Assembly: GCA_014323785.1 (NCBI GenBank)
Contig: JACONJ010000020.1
Span: forward strand, 62,391-126,390
Length of the DNA: 64,000 nt
Source of the DNA: Paracoccaceae bacterium
Lineage (GTDB): Bacteria; Pseudomonadota; Alphaproteobacteria; Rhodobacterales; Rhodobacteraceae
Direction: 5' to 3'
Each line of letters begins with the position of its first letter. Positions within the stretch are counted from its first letter, which is position 1. The position numbers were made by a program, and so were the translations under genes. Below, one piece after another: positions 10,654-20,284 of this stretch. Under the pieces are notes generated by a model. It did not search any database. It saw nothing but the letters and a program-made list of their open reading frames with translations, and was not told the DNA's origin.

Positions 10654-10893
10654 ATGTCCCAACGCCTGCACCTTGTCTTTGGCGGAGAGTTGACGGATCC
10701 TTCCGGGAATACCTTCCGCGATGTTGATGATATTGACATCATCGGCATGTTCCCGGACTATGCCAGTGCCTATAACGCTTGGAAATCCGCCTCACAGCGG
10801 ACCGTGGACGATGCGCATATGCGTTATTTCATTGCCCACATTCACCCCCTGCGGGAGGATGAGACCGAAGCCACCGCCGAAAAGCCGGGCTAA
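10654..10893 (+). CDS. DUF4170 family protein
   Basis: MSQRLHLVFGGEL...G.FPDY..A..AW...SQRTVDDAHMRYFIAH; directly upstream of waaA. Confidence 0.85.
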   Translation: MSQRLHLVFGGELTDPSGNTFRDVDDIDIIGMFPDYASAYNAWKSASQRTVDDAHMRYFIAHIHPLREDETEATAEKPG

Positions 10894-12216
10894 ATGCTCT
10901 TTCGCCCGCCGATGTCTCTGGCCCTGGCCGGATATCTTCTGTTCGCCGGGCGGGCAAAGCGTTTCGCCGAGCGCAAACTGGCCGGGCGGCTGGAACTTGG
11001 CAAAGAGGACGCCACCCGCCTTGATGAGCGTCGGGGCATCGCCTCTCGCCCCCGGCCGGATGGACGGCTTTTGTGGTTTCATGCTGCCAGCGTGGGCGAG
11101 TCACTTGCGCTTCTGGAACTGATCCGGCGCGTGATCGAGGATGATTCGGAGCTGTCAGTTCTGGTCACAACCAGCACTGTCACCTCGGCCGCGGTGATGG
11201 AAAGCCGCCTGCCTGATGGTGCGTTTCATCAATATATCCCGTTGGATGCCACGGTTTTTGTTCGGCGATTCCTGGACCATTGGCACCCGGCTTTGGCTGT
11301 CTGGACCGAGAGTGAGCTCTGGCCCGCGCTGATGACCGAAACCCACGCCCGCAACATCCCGATGCTTCTGATTAACGCACGGATGTCCAAGGCAAGCTAC
11401 GATAAATGGTGCTGGCTCCGGGGGATGGCACGCAGCCTTTTGCAACGCTTCGACTTTGCCCACGTGCAGGACGATATCACCGCGGGATATCTTCGGCGAC
11501 TTGGCCTGCCCGAAGAGCGGATGCAGGTAACCGGCACGCTGAAGGAAGGCGCGGCGGCACTGCCTTATGACGAAGGCGAGCGGGCGCAACTGGCTTCGGA
11601 CCTGTCGGGTCGCCCGGTCTGGCTTGCGGCCTCTACCCATGAGGGAGAGGAGGAAAAGGTGCTAGAAGCCCATCGCCTGGCACTAAGGGGCAATCCAAGG
11701 CTCCTGTTGATCCTGGTGCCGCGCCACCCTCAGCGCGGCGATGCCCTGGCCGAGTGGCTGGAAGGGGATGGCTGGGTTATCGCGCGCCGCAGCCGGGATG
11801 CGCGTTTTGGCCCCGATTGCCAGGTTTATCTGGCCGATACGATGGGAGAGATGGGGCTGTGGTATCGCCTGTCCCCAATCAGCTTCGTCGGGGGTTCCCT
11901 GACCAGGACCGGCGGGCATAACCCGTTTGAACCAGCGGCTCTCGGCTCGGCCATTCTGCACGGGCCTTATGTGACGAATTTCGCCGATATCTATCAGCGC
12001 CTGACCGAAGCCGGGGCGGTGCGGCTTGTCTTGGGGGCTGATACGCTGGCCCGTGCGGTCAATGATCTGATGAACCCCGGCACGGCGGCAGCGATGGCCA
12101 GTGCGGCTTGGGACGTGTCCTCTGCCGGGGCGAATGTCACCGACATGGCGGCGGGGCTGCTTCTTGACTGGCTTGACCAGGTTGAACGGGGGGGGGCTGC
12201 CCCAAGGGCCGGGTGA
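10894..12216 (+). CDS. waaA: 3-deoxy-D-manno-octulosonic acid transferase
   Basis: WFHAASVGE, ESELWP, ASTHEGEE, LVPRHPQR, GGHNPFEPA. Confidence 0.93.
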   Translation: MLFRPPMSLALAGYLLFAGRAKRFAERKLAGRLELGKEDATRLDERRGIASRPRPDGRLLWFHAASVGESLALLELIRRVIEDDSELSVLVTTSTVTSAAVMESRLPDGAFHQYIPLDATVFVRRFLDHWHPALAVWTESELWPALMTETHARNIPMLLINARMSKASYDKWCWLRGMARSLLQRFDFAHVQDDITAGYLRRLGLPEERMQVTGTLKEGAAALPYDEGERAQLASDLSGRPVWLAASTHEGEEEKVLEAHRLALRGNPRLLLILVPRHPQRGDALAEWLEGDGWVIARRSRDARFGPDCQVYLADTMGEMGLWYRLSPISFVGGSLTRTGGHNPFEPAALGSAILHGPYVTNFADIYQRLTEAGAVRLVLGADTLARAVNDLMNPGTAAAMASAAWDVSSAGANVTDMAAGLLLDWLDQVERGGAAPRAG

Positions 12217-13202
12217 TGCAGGCCCCAGAGTTCTGGTACCAGCCGCCGGGCCTGTGCGCCGCGCTTTTGTCGCCTTTGGGTGCGCTTTATGCCGCGGGGA
12301 CGGCGCGGCGGCTGCGGGGCGGGCCGCGTGCGCGTATCGGGGCACCGGTGATCTGCGTTGGTAACATTAATGTTGGCGGCACCGGTAAAACACCGACAGT
12401 CATCGCACTTGCCAAACGGCTGGCCAGGCGAGGGGGGCATGCACATGCCGTCACCCGCGGGTTTGGCGGTTCTTTGCAAGGGCCAGTGCAGGTTGATCCG
12501 ATGCGCCACAAGGCGACTGAAACCGGGGATGAACCCCTGCTTCTGGCGGCGGTTCTACCGACCTGGGTTGCCAGGGATCGTGCCGCAGGCGCGGCAGCAG
12601 CAGTCAGGGCCGGGGCACGGGTAATTCTGCTTGATGACGGCTTTCAGAATCCCGCCCTGGCCCACGACCTGTCGCTGGTGGTGGTGGATGCCGTGCGCGG
12701 CTTCGGCAATGGCAGGGTGATACCCGCCGGGCCCTTGCGCGAACCAGTGGCCATGGGGCTGGCACGGGCCGACCTGCTGCTGAGCATTGGCCCGGATGCG
12801 GCGCAGGAGGCGTTTGAACAAACCTGGGGGGCGCAGGTGACAGTGCCGCGATTGAAAGGCAACCTGGTTCCCCTGCCCACGGGGCTTCCGCCGGCGGGCG
12901 CACCAGTTCTGGCCTTTGCCGGGATCGGCCACCCTGGGAAATTCTTTGCCATGTTGAAAGAACTTGGGGTCAATCTGGTGTGGGCGGAGGCACTGTCGGA
13001 TCATCAGCCCCTGACCGAGCCGCTGATGACCCGGCTGAGGGCGCGGGCCCGCGCCCTGGGTGCGCAGCTTGTCACAACCCAGAAGGATGCGGTGCGGTTG
13101 CCGCCGCGCTTTCGTGCGCTGGTTGTCACAATTCCGGTCCGGCTGCGGCTGGACGATATCGCACCGCTGGACGCCGCGCTTGATGGGGTGCTGTCGGCTT
13201 AG
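12213..13202 (+). CDS. lpxK: Tetraacyldisaccharide 4'-kinase
   Basis: VGNINVGGTGKTP, GDEP, LDDGFQ, AGIGHP, DH motifs; overlaps waaA stop. Confidence 0.92.
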   Translation: MMQAPEFWYQPPGLCAALLSPLGALYAAGTARRLRGGPRARIGAPVICVGNINVGGTGKTPTVIALAKRLARRGGHAHAVTRGFGGSLQGPVQVDPMRHKATETGDEPLLLAAVLPTWVARDRAAGAAAAVRAGARVILLDDGFQNPALAHDLSLVVVDAVRGFGNGRVIPAGPLREPVAMGLARADLLLSIGPDAAQEAFEQTWGAQVTVPRLKGNLVPLPTGLPPAGAPVLAFAGIGHPGKFFAMLKELGVNLVWAEALSDHQPLTEPLMTRLRARARALGAQLVTTQKDAVRLPPRFRALVVTIPVRLRLDDIAPLDAALDGVLSA

Positions 13203-13663
13203 AGCGTCTTCACCTGTGTATCGCAAAAGGAAATTATTTTCCAAAGCAACATGAGCAGCGGACTTTGGACAGGAATTTAGCGAGGTGGCTGGCTTGACCA
13301 ACCGGCAGACGTCATCTTCGGATTCAAAAAACGGAAGCTGGCTTATGTATAAAATTCATACCGTCAGCTTTTCCGATTGGATTTGACGTGGCTGAAAACA
13401 AACCGCTAACAATAGGTTACACGTCACAAAAACTTTATTCCGAATAAGCTTGTATCATCATTCCAGCCGCAAAGATGAAAGGTTTCTGGGATTCCATCTT
13501 CAACCTGCCTTTCGCAGGCAGGCCAAAACCGTATCGTACGAGAACGCGAAGGCTGCGTATAACACCGCCCTGCACCCCTTGTTCACGCCGTTTTACCCCC
13601 CCCCAACCGGTCCTTCCATGCGTTGATGAAAGGCTTTTCGCTGCCGTGAAAATCGGTAACGCA

Positions 13664-14782
13664 TTAGCCCGCGTCGTCCTCACCCAGTTTCGGTGCAGGG
13701 CGATGCAACGCGACGGAAGCATCGGAGAACCGAAACGGGGACCGCACACCTGGTACGCCATCAAGTTCAATCCGAAGGCCGCGCGCCTGCACATGAGGAT
13801 CGGCGAAAACATCGGCTAAATCATTGATTGGCCCGGCGGGTATGCCTTCAGTCTCACAGGCTGCCAGAAGATCGGCCTTGCGGCGGGTCAGTGTGGCCTT
13901 GGTTAGCCGTTGCGTCATCTTATCCCGGTTGGCGATGCGATCAGCATTGGTACGGAACTCGGGTGCGCAGGCCATCGCGTACAGACCCAACAGGCGGCAC
14001 AGCCGCTGGTACTGGCTGTCATTTCCGGTGGCGATGATTACCCAGCCATCGGCACAATCAAACACCTGATAGGGCGTCAGATTCTGATGCACGTTCCCGA
14101 TCCGCCCGGGCGCAGTGCCAGTCACAAGATAATTCATTGCCTGGTTCGCCATGAAGGCCGTGGCGACATCCATCAGTGCCATGTCGATATGCTGTCCGCG
14201 CCCCGTTTGTGTTCGCAGATGCACGGCGGCCAGAATTGCATTCGTGGCATAAAGACCGGTCAGAATGTCGGTCACAGCAACGCCGACCTTTTGTGGCTGG
14301 TCAGCGGGATCACCGGTGACAGACATAATCCCGGACATGCCCTGGATGATGTAATCATACCCCGCACGATGGGCATAGGGGCCCGTTTGCCCAAACCCGG
14401 TGATCGAGCAGTAGATCAGCCCGGGATTCAACGCCCTCAGGCTGTCGTAATCGAATCCATATTTCTTCAGCCCGCCCGGTTTGAAATTTTCTATAAGAAT
14501 ATCTGCCCCGACGGCCAGGGCGCGGACCTTCTCTTGCCCCTCTTCGGTTTTGAAATCCGCGATAACCGAATGCTTGCCGCGATTGCAGCCATGAAAATAC
14601 GCCGCCGAAACATCGCCGTCACGCTCCACAAAGGGCGGCCCCCATCGGCGGGTATCATCACCTCCGGGGCTTTCGACCTTGGTGACTTGCGCCCCCAAAT
14701 CCGCGAGCGTCTGCCCCGCCCAGGGGCCCGCCAGAATCCGTGCCAATTCCAGCACCTTCAGACCCGCAAGGGGAAACATCAT
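13664..14782 (-). CDS. CaiB/BaiF family (class III) CoA-transferase
   Basis: LAGLKVLELARILAGP, VESPGGDDTR, ADILIENFKPG, SITGFGQTGP, GYD motifs. Confidence 0.92.
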   Translation of the reverse strand: MMFPLAGLKVLELARILAGPWAGQTLADLGAQVTKVESPGGDDTRRWGPPFVERDGDVSAAYFHGCNRGKHSVIADFKTEEGQEKVRALAVGADILIENFKPGGLKKYGFDYDSLRALNPGLIYCSITGFGQTGPYAHRAGYDYIIQGMSGIMSVTGDPADQPQKVGVAVTDILTGLYATNAILAAVHLRTQTGRGQHIDMALMDVATAFMANQAMNYLVTGTAPGRIGNVHQNLTPYQVFDCADGWVIIATGNDSQYQRLCRLLGLYAMACAPEFRTNADRIANRDKMTQRLTKATLTRRKADLLAACETEGIPAGPINDLADVFADPHVQARGLRIELDGVPGVRSPFRFSDASVALHRPAPKLGEDDAG

Positions 14783-15453
14783 TTCTGCGTGGCCAGGTGC
14801 TCATCCAGGATGCTGGCAAGGCTTGCGTATCTCATATTGCTGTAAAGTTCTCCGCCGATCACGAAGGAAGGGGTGGCCGTGATATTGTGTTCGGCCACTT
14901 GTGCTTCATAGGTGTTAAACATCGCCTCGGCCATCGCACCATCGGTCAGGCACCGGTCCAACTCCTCATCGCTCATCCCCACGGACCGGCCGATGCGGAG
15001 CAGGTTTTCGGCAATCGCCGCGGGTTCGCCCTGTGTCCAGTCGTGCTGCGTTTCATAGATGCGGTCAACCACCGCGAAATAGCGATCCCTCCCCGAACAG
15101 CGCGCCACCATCGCCGCCCAAAGGCCGGGGCGGTCAAAATATACCTCTCGATAAACAAAACGGACATGGCCTGGCCTGATGTAATTCTCCTCGATCAGCG
15201 GAAACACATCGGCGTGGAAGCGTGCACAATGCGGGCAAGTGAAAGAGGCATATTCGATCACCGTGACGGGCGCGTCATCGCTGCCCTTTACCATCTCTTC
15301 GATCACCGGGGCCGCCGCGATTCCCTGGGCCCCCGCGGCCCTGGCGGGAACGATAAGGGGCGTCAACCGGTCTTTCCATGGCCGCATCAGTGCTGCACCG
15401 CCCAGGACAACACCCGAGGTACCAAGCCCTGCAAGCATCGTGCGGCGTTTCAT
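14779..15453 (-). CDS. DsbA family thiol-disulfide oxidoreductase
   Basis: EYASFTCPHC CxxC motif, TPSF cis-Pro motif, Tat-like MKRR leader. Confidence 0.88.
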   Translation of the reverse strand: MKRRTMLAGLGTSGVVLGGAALMRPWKDRLTPLIVPARAAGAQGIAAAPVIEEMVKGSDDAPVTVIEYASFTCPHCARFHADVFPLIEENYIRPGHVRFVYREVYFDRPGLWAAMVARCSGRDRYFAVVDRIYETQHDWTQGEPAAIAENLLRIGRSVGMSDEELDRCLTDGAMAEAMFNTYEAQVAEHNITATPSFVIGGELYSNMRYASLASILDEHLATQK

Positions 15454-15965
15454 CAAACTTTCCCCCCGCCCCAAATCGCGCCTTGGTGAGCTGTGACCAT
15501 ATGCTTCAATGCCTCGGCCAATGCACTATCCCGCATCCCCGCGACCATGGCTTCGGCTTTGGCCATCGCTTCGGGGGTTAGCGGCGGGCGCGAAGGGCGT
15601 GTGGCGCGGCCCCTCCGATCATCGGTGAACCCGTGCGGCGCGGTTTGTGTGATGCGCACGTCCGTGATCGCCCGGTACCCAAAGGCGGCATTTGCGCGGG
15701 ATATGATCTGCTCTTTTTGCATATCCACAATCGGGGCATTGGCCCCGGTGCAAAGCAGCACAAGTGTGGCGGATCGTGTGGCGTGATGTCCGTAGCTGAT
15801 TTTCACCGGGCGGGCGATCCGGGCAATCTCAGGGCCCATGAATTCAGCCCAACGGGTCAGCAGCCGCGCACAGACGACGCCGCGCTTCTCAAAAACTTTG
15901 CCCAGGCTGCTGCGCAGCTGCTGATTCGCCCGGCGAAAGCCCCGGGTGGTGCCGGTCTGTGTCAT
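15453..15965 (-). CDS. DUF721 (DciA-like) family protein
   Basis: LLTRWAEFMG...ARP.KISY...ATL...GA.AP...MQ...II.R.N..FGY pattern; position between mutY and dsbA. Confidence 0.75.
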   Translation of the reverse strand: MTQTGTTRGFRRANQQLRSSLGKVFEKRGVVCARLLTRWAEFMGPEIARIARPVKISYGHHATRSATLVLLCTGANAPIVDMQKEQIISRANAAFGYRAITDVRITQTAPHGFTDDRRGRATRPSRPPLTPEAMAKAEAMVAGMRDSALAEALKHMVTAHQGAIWGGGKV

Positions 15966-16065
15966 TTGGGTAGCGTTTCCTGGGACTGGCCGTAGGTTTA
16001 GATCAATATATTACCAAGGCGCGAATGGGGCAAGGGTGCCGCACCACAGAACAGGCAAAGAACAA

Positions 16066-17133
16066 ATGCGTGAAGGTCAGATCAGCGCCAGCCTGCTGGA
16101 ATGGTATGATCGCCATGCCCGCGTTCTACCCTGGCGTGTGGGACCGCAAGATCGGCGGGCAGGGCAGTTGCCCGCCCCCTACGCTGTCTGGCTGTCAGAG
16201 ATCATGCTGCAGCAAACCACCGTCGCGTCGGTGAAGAACTATTTTCACCGTTTCACCACGCGCTGGCCGACAGTCACCGCGCTGGCCGCCGCCGGAAATG
16301 CCGAGGTGATGGGGGAATGGGCCGGGCTTGGCTATTACGCCCGGGCGCGAAACCTGTTAAAATGCGGACGCGTCGTGGCCGATGAGCTGGGCGGCACCTT
16401 CCCCGATACCGAACAGGCACTGTTGGCCCTGCCCGGTATCGGCCCCTATACTGCCGCTGCCATTGCCGCGATTGCTTTCGATCAGCCCGCCGTGGTGATG
16501 GACGGCAATGTGGAGCGTGTGACGGCACGGCTGTTCGCAGTGGACACGCCCCTGCCCACCGCCAGGCCCGAGTTAAAGGCCCATGCAACCCGGCTGACCC
16601 CGGCCGGGCGACCGGGCGACTATGCGCAAGCGGTGATGGATTTGGGTGCCACGCTTTGCACACCTCGCAACCCCGCCTGTGGCCTCTGCCCCTTGCGTAC
16701 GGCGTGCGCCGCCCGGGCCCGGGGCATCGCTGCCGAACTGCCACACAAAACACCGAAAAAACCGAACCCCACGCGATTCGGCATCGCCTATCTTGCCCGG
16801 CGGAAGGATGGTGCCTGGCTTCTGGAAACCCGCCCCGAACGGGGGCTTCTGGGTGGGATGCGCGGCTGGCCGGGTAGCGACTGGACCGAAACCGCCCCGG
16901 CAGAGGTGCCGCCGCTGCCCGCGAATTGGCGCGATCCGGGGGCCGAGGTGTGCCATACCTTTACGCATTTTCACCTGCGCCTGGCCCTTCGCGTGGCTGA
17001 TGTTCCTGTATCGGCCCAGCCCGACCGGGGCGAATTCCTTATCCCCGCCCAATTCCGGCCCTCGGCCCTGCCGACTGTCATGCGAAAAGCCTTTGATCTT
17101 GCGCAAAACGCCATGGTAAAAAATTTGAGGTAG
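16066..17133 (+). CDS. mutY: A/G-specific adenine glycosylase
   Basis: WLSEIMLQQT, GLGYYARARNL, LPGIGPYTA, DGNV, C-x6-C-x2-C-x5-C Fe-S motif. Confidence 0.95.
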   Translation: MREGQISASLLEWYDRHARVLPWRVGPQDRRAGQLPAPYAVWLSEIMLQQTTVASVKNYFHRFTTRWPTVTALAAAGNAEVMGEWAGLGYYARARNLLKCGRVVADELGGTFPDTEQALLALPGIGPYTAAAIAAIAFDQPAVVMDGNVERVTARLFAVDTPLPTARPELKAHATRLTPAGRPGDYAQAVMDLGATLCTPRNPACGLCPLRTACAARARGIAAELPHKTPKKPNPTRFGIAYLARRKDGAWLLETRPERGLLGGMRGWPGSDWTETAPAEVPPLPANWRDPGAEVCHTFTHFHLRLALRVADVPVSAQPDRGEFLIPAQFRPSALPTVMRKAFDLAQNAMVKNLR

Positions 17134-17176
17134 CTCGTCGCTTGTGCCGCACTGTACCCGCCCAGGAGACTGAAAG

Positions 17177-18313
17177 ATGACAATCTCTGCTACTCAAGTC
17201 ACCCGATTTCGGAACGTCCTGCCGTTCTGGATGCCGCTTGGGCTGATCCCGCTGATCGTGTTCGTGGCTATGCAGGGCGGCTGGTGGCTGATCCTGGTGC
17301 CGCTTTCCAGCTGGTGGCTTTTCTCAGTTCTTGATCGGTTGACAGGCCTCAACCTGGAAAACCCCGATCCGGACACGCCCGAGGAACAGCTCTTTTGGTA
17401 CCGGCTTATCCTGCTCATATGGTTTCCGATGCAGTTCTGCGTGATCTTTGGCCTGATTATCTATGTCGGCCAGACGGATCACCTAAGCGTTCTGGAACAG
17501 GTCGTCCTCTTCCTCTTTGTCGGCATCATCTCGGGCGCAATCGGGATCAATTATGGCCATGAGTTGATGCACCAGAAAAGTTTGGTGGAACGCTGGCTGG
17601 CCGATCTGCTCTTGGCGACTGTGATGTATTCGCATTTCCGCTCAGAACATCTGCTTGTCCATCACCGCTACGTTGGCACCAAACGCGACCCGGTGACCGC
17701 GCGCTATGATGAAGGTTTCTGGTACTTTTTCCCGCGCGTGCTGCGCGAAAGCCTGATCTCCGCCTTTCGGGCCGAGGCCGCGATGCTGGCACGCAAGGGC
17801 CTTCCTTGGCACCACCGCAGCAACCCGTTCTGGTTCTACGCCGCACTGCAGGGGGCATTCCTGGTGCTTGCCTTCGTCCTTGGCGGTATCGCGGGTTTGG
17901 TACTTTTCCTCTGCCAGGCATTAAGCGCAATTTGGAAGCTGGAACTGGCCAATTATATAGAGCATTACGGCCTGACGCGAAAGCACCTGGGTGCTGGCAA
18001 ATACGAACATGTCAAACCGCACCATAGCTGGAACGCGGCGCATAAGGCCACTAACTGGCTTTTGATCAACCTTCAGCGCCATTCGGACCACCATTACAAA
18101 CCGAATCGGCGATTCCCGCTGTTGCAGAACTACACCGAGGCCGACGCCCCGCAGCTGCCCCATGGCTATCCCGTGATGGCGGCGGCGGCCATGGCGCCCC
18201 CCCTCTGGCGGCGCGTGATGAACCCGCGCGTGCGCAAATGGCGGCAGCTGTATTATCCCGAGATCACCGATTGGCAGCCCTATAACAAGGTAATGCACCC
18301 CGCCCCGCGCTGA
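17177..18313 (+). CDS. alkB: Alkane 1-monooxygenase (membrane non-heme di-iron)
   Basis: His boxes HELMH, EHLLVHH, NYIEHYG, LQRHSDHH. Confidence 0.92.
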   Translation: MTISATQVTRFRNVLPFWMPLGLIPLIVFVAMQGGWWLILVPLSSWWLFSVLDRLTGLNLENPDPDTPEEQLFWYRLILLIWFPMQFCVIFGLIIYVGQTDHLSVLEQVVLFLFVGIISGAIGINYGHELMHQKSLVERWLADLLLATVMYSHFRSEHLLVHHRYVGTKRDPVTARYDEGFWYFFPRVLRESLISAFRAEAAMLARKGLPWHHRSNPFWFYAALQGAFLVLAFVLGGIAGLVLFLCQALSAIWKLELANYIEHYGLTRKHLGAGKYEHVKPHHSWNAAHKATNWLLINLQRHSDHHYKPNRRFPLLQNYTEADAPQLPHGYPVMAAAAMAPPLWRRVMNPRVRKWRQLYYPEITDWQPYNKVMHPAPR

Positions 18314-18795
18314 TCCAACCTCCCTCTTCATTCCAGGGAACAGTTCCGAATTGTACGGAAATTAAAAGGCCATGCCCTTCCCTGGGATCGGACGGGATTT
18401 TCGATGCATGCGATTTCCCCCACAAATTCGGGTAGCGGCGCCTGTATCCTTGGTCAAAGTGTAGCGGCACGGCAAGGAACGTCTTGGTGTCTGGCGGGAT
18501 AAGAATGGGAAATTCAGTTAAGCACGGGGGTAGACCCTCGGCGATTATGCGGGATCGCCCAAGGTGACGCGGGATTGGTGGCTGTTGCCGTGATGCAAAA
18601 GCCCGATTCCGCCCGGTTGCATTCCGCCGATTCTGCGCTTGCTACCCTGGTTCATGCCGTCAAAGCACGAATCGCTGCCGTCGCATCGGTGGGCAGTGGG
18701 TAGGGCGGCATCCAAAGCCGTGGTTCCGCTGTAGCGGCCAGTGGCACTAAATTTCTGCGTCCAAAACGCTGGAAGTTGCACGGGCTGTTGACACG

Positions 18796-18811
18796 TTAAT
18801 ACCTTCTTAAC
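18796..18811 (+). promoter_or_regulatory. Full CtrA-type box upstream of recA
   Basis: TTAA-taccttc-TTAAC equals the TTAA-N7-TTAAC consensus, directly 3' of TTGACA (18788-18793). Confidence 0.5.
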
Positions 18812-18947
18812 CTTCCCCGACAAAATTTTTGCCCGGGAGATTCTCCTTAAAAGGTTGCCTTTTTGTCGCGCACATAGAAAGCAGCGACGGGCAAACACCA
18901 AACGCCATTGCAGCCCCTTGCGCGGTATGAAACAAGGAACGCACGAT

Positions 18948-20036
18948 ATGGCAACTGCGAAAGCCCCGGACATGGCCGACAAAACATCTGCTGACAAACA
19001 AAAAGCACTCGACAGCGCACTGGCCCAGATTGAACGGCAGTTCGGCAAGGGGTCGATCATGAAGCTCGGCGGCGAAAACGCCGTGCAGGAGATCGAGGCG
19101 ACCTCGACCGGCTCTCTGGGTCTTGACATCGCGCTTGGGATCGGCGGTTTGCCGAAGGGGCGGATCGTGGAAATTTACGGGCCGGAAAGTTCGGGCAAGA
19201 CCACGCTGACCCTGCACGTTGTGGCCGAGGAACAGAAGCAAGGCGGCGTCTGTGCTTTTGTTGATGCCGAACACGCGCTGGATCCACAATATGCCAGGAA
19301 GCTCGGCGTCGATCTGGATGAGCTGCTAATCAGCCAGCCCGATACCGGTGAACAAGCACTGGAGATTGTCGATACGCTGGTCCGCTCTGGTGCCGTCAAT
19401 CTGGTGGTTGTCGACTCGGTTGCCGCCCTGACACCCAAATCTGAATTAGAAGGGGATATGGGCGACAGTGCCGTCGGCGTACAGGCCCGGCTGATGAGCC
19501 AGGCGATGCGGAAACTGACAGGTTCCATCAGTCGCTCAAACTGCATGGTGATCTTTATCAACCAGATACGGATGAAGATCGGCGTGATGTTTGGCTCGCC
19601 CGAGACCACAACGGGTGGCAACGCGCTGAAATTCTACTCTTCCGTGCGTCTGGACATTCGCCGCATCGGGGCACTGAAAGACCGTGATGAGGTGGTCGGC
19701 AACGCGACCCGCGTGAAGGTTGTGAAGAACAAGGTCGCCCCGCCCTTCAAGCAGGTTGAGTTTGACATCATGTACGGTGAAGGCATCTCCAAAATGGGTG
19801 AGTTGCTGGACTTGGGCGGCAAGTGCGGAGTGGTGGCGAAATCGGGTTCCTGGTTCTCCTACGGTGATGAACGGATTGGCCAGGGGCGCGAGAACGCCAA
19901 GCAGTTCCTGAAGAATAATCCGGCAGTCGCGCTGGAAATAGAGGGTAAGATCCGCGCCGCCCATGGGCTTGACTCTGATATGCCCTCGGGTAAAGCCCAC
20001 AGGGACGGGGCCGATGACGGGATGACCAAAGGGTGA
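18948..20036 (+). CDS. recA: Recombinase A
   Basis: [35 protein letters not shown]; start placed at MATAKAP. Confidence 0.98.
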   Translation: MATAKAPDMADKTSADKQKALDSALAQIERQFGKGSIMKLGGENAVQEIEATSTGSLGLDIALGIGGLPKGRIVEIYGPESSGKTTLTLHVVAEEQKQGGVCAFVDAEHALDPQYARKLGVDLDELLISQPDTGEQALEIVDTLVRSGAVNLVVVDSVAALTPKSELEGDMGDSAVGVQARLMSQAMRKLTGSISRSNCMVIFINQIRMKIGVMFGSPETTTGGNALKFYSSVRLDIRRIGALKDRDEVVGNATRVKVVKNKVAPPFKQVEFDIMYGEGISKMGELLDLGGKCGVVAKSGSWFSYGDERIGQGRENAKQFLKNNPAVALEIEGKIRAAHGLDSDMPSGKAHRDGADDGMTKG

Positions 20037-20284
20037 CAGCCCCCGTCGGATCAGGCGTGGCATGACCCGTTCTGTTGGGCGGTCTTGCACCCGCAAGATA
20101 TTCCCTGTGTCGCCTGCCGCTTGTGCTGCGCTCTTGTAGCCTGCGCTCTGGGTCTTGTACTGGCTCTGTTGTTCGCCTATGCGTCATTTGCCTGCCGGGC
20201 AGGTGCTGGTCTGTGTCCTGTGGACAGCAGAAAGCCGCGCTTCTACACTCATCAAAATAACCAGTTGGAAGAAGACCGCGTGCC

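Noticed and set aside
12188-12196. G9 run at the waaA 3' end as a phase-variable switch
   Set aside because: Lies in the last few codons after the conserved domain of an essential gene; slippage would barely alter the protein
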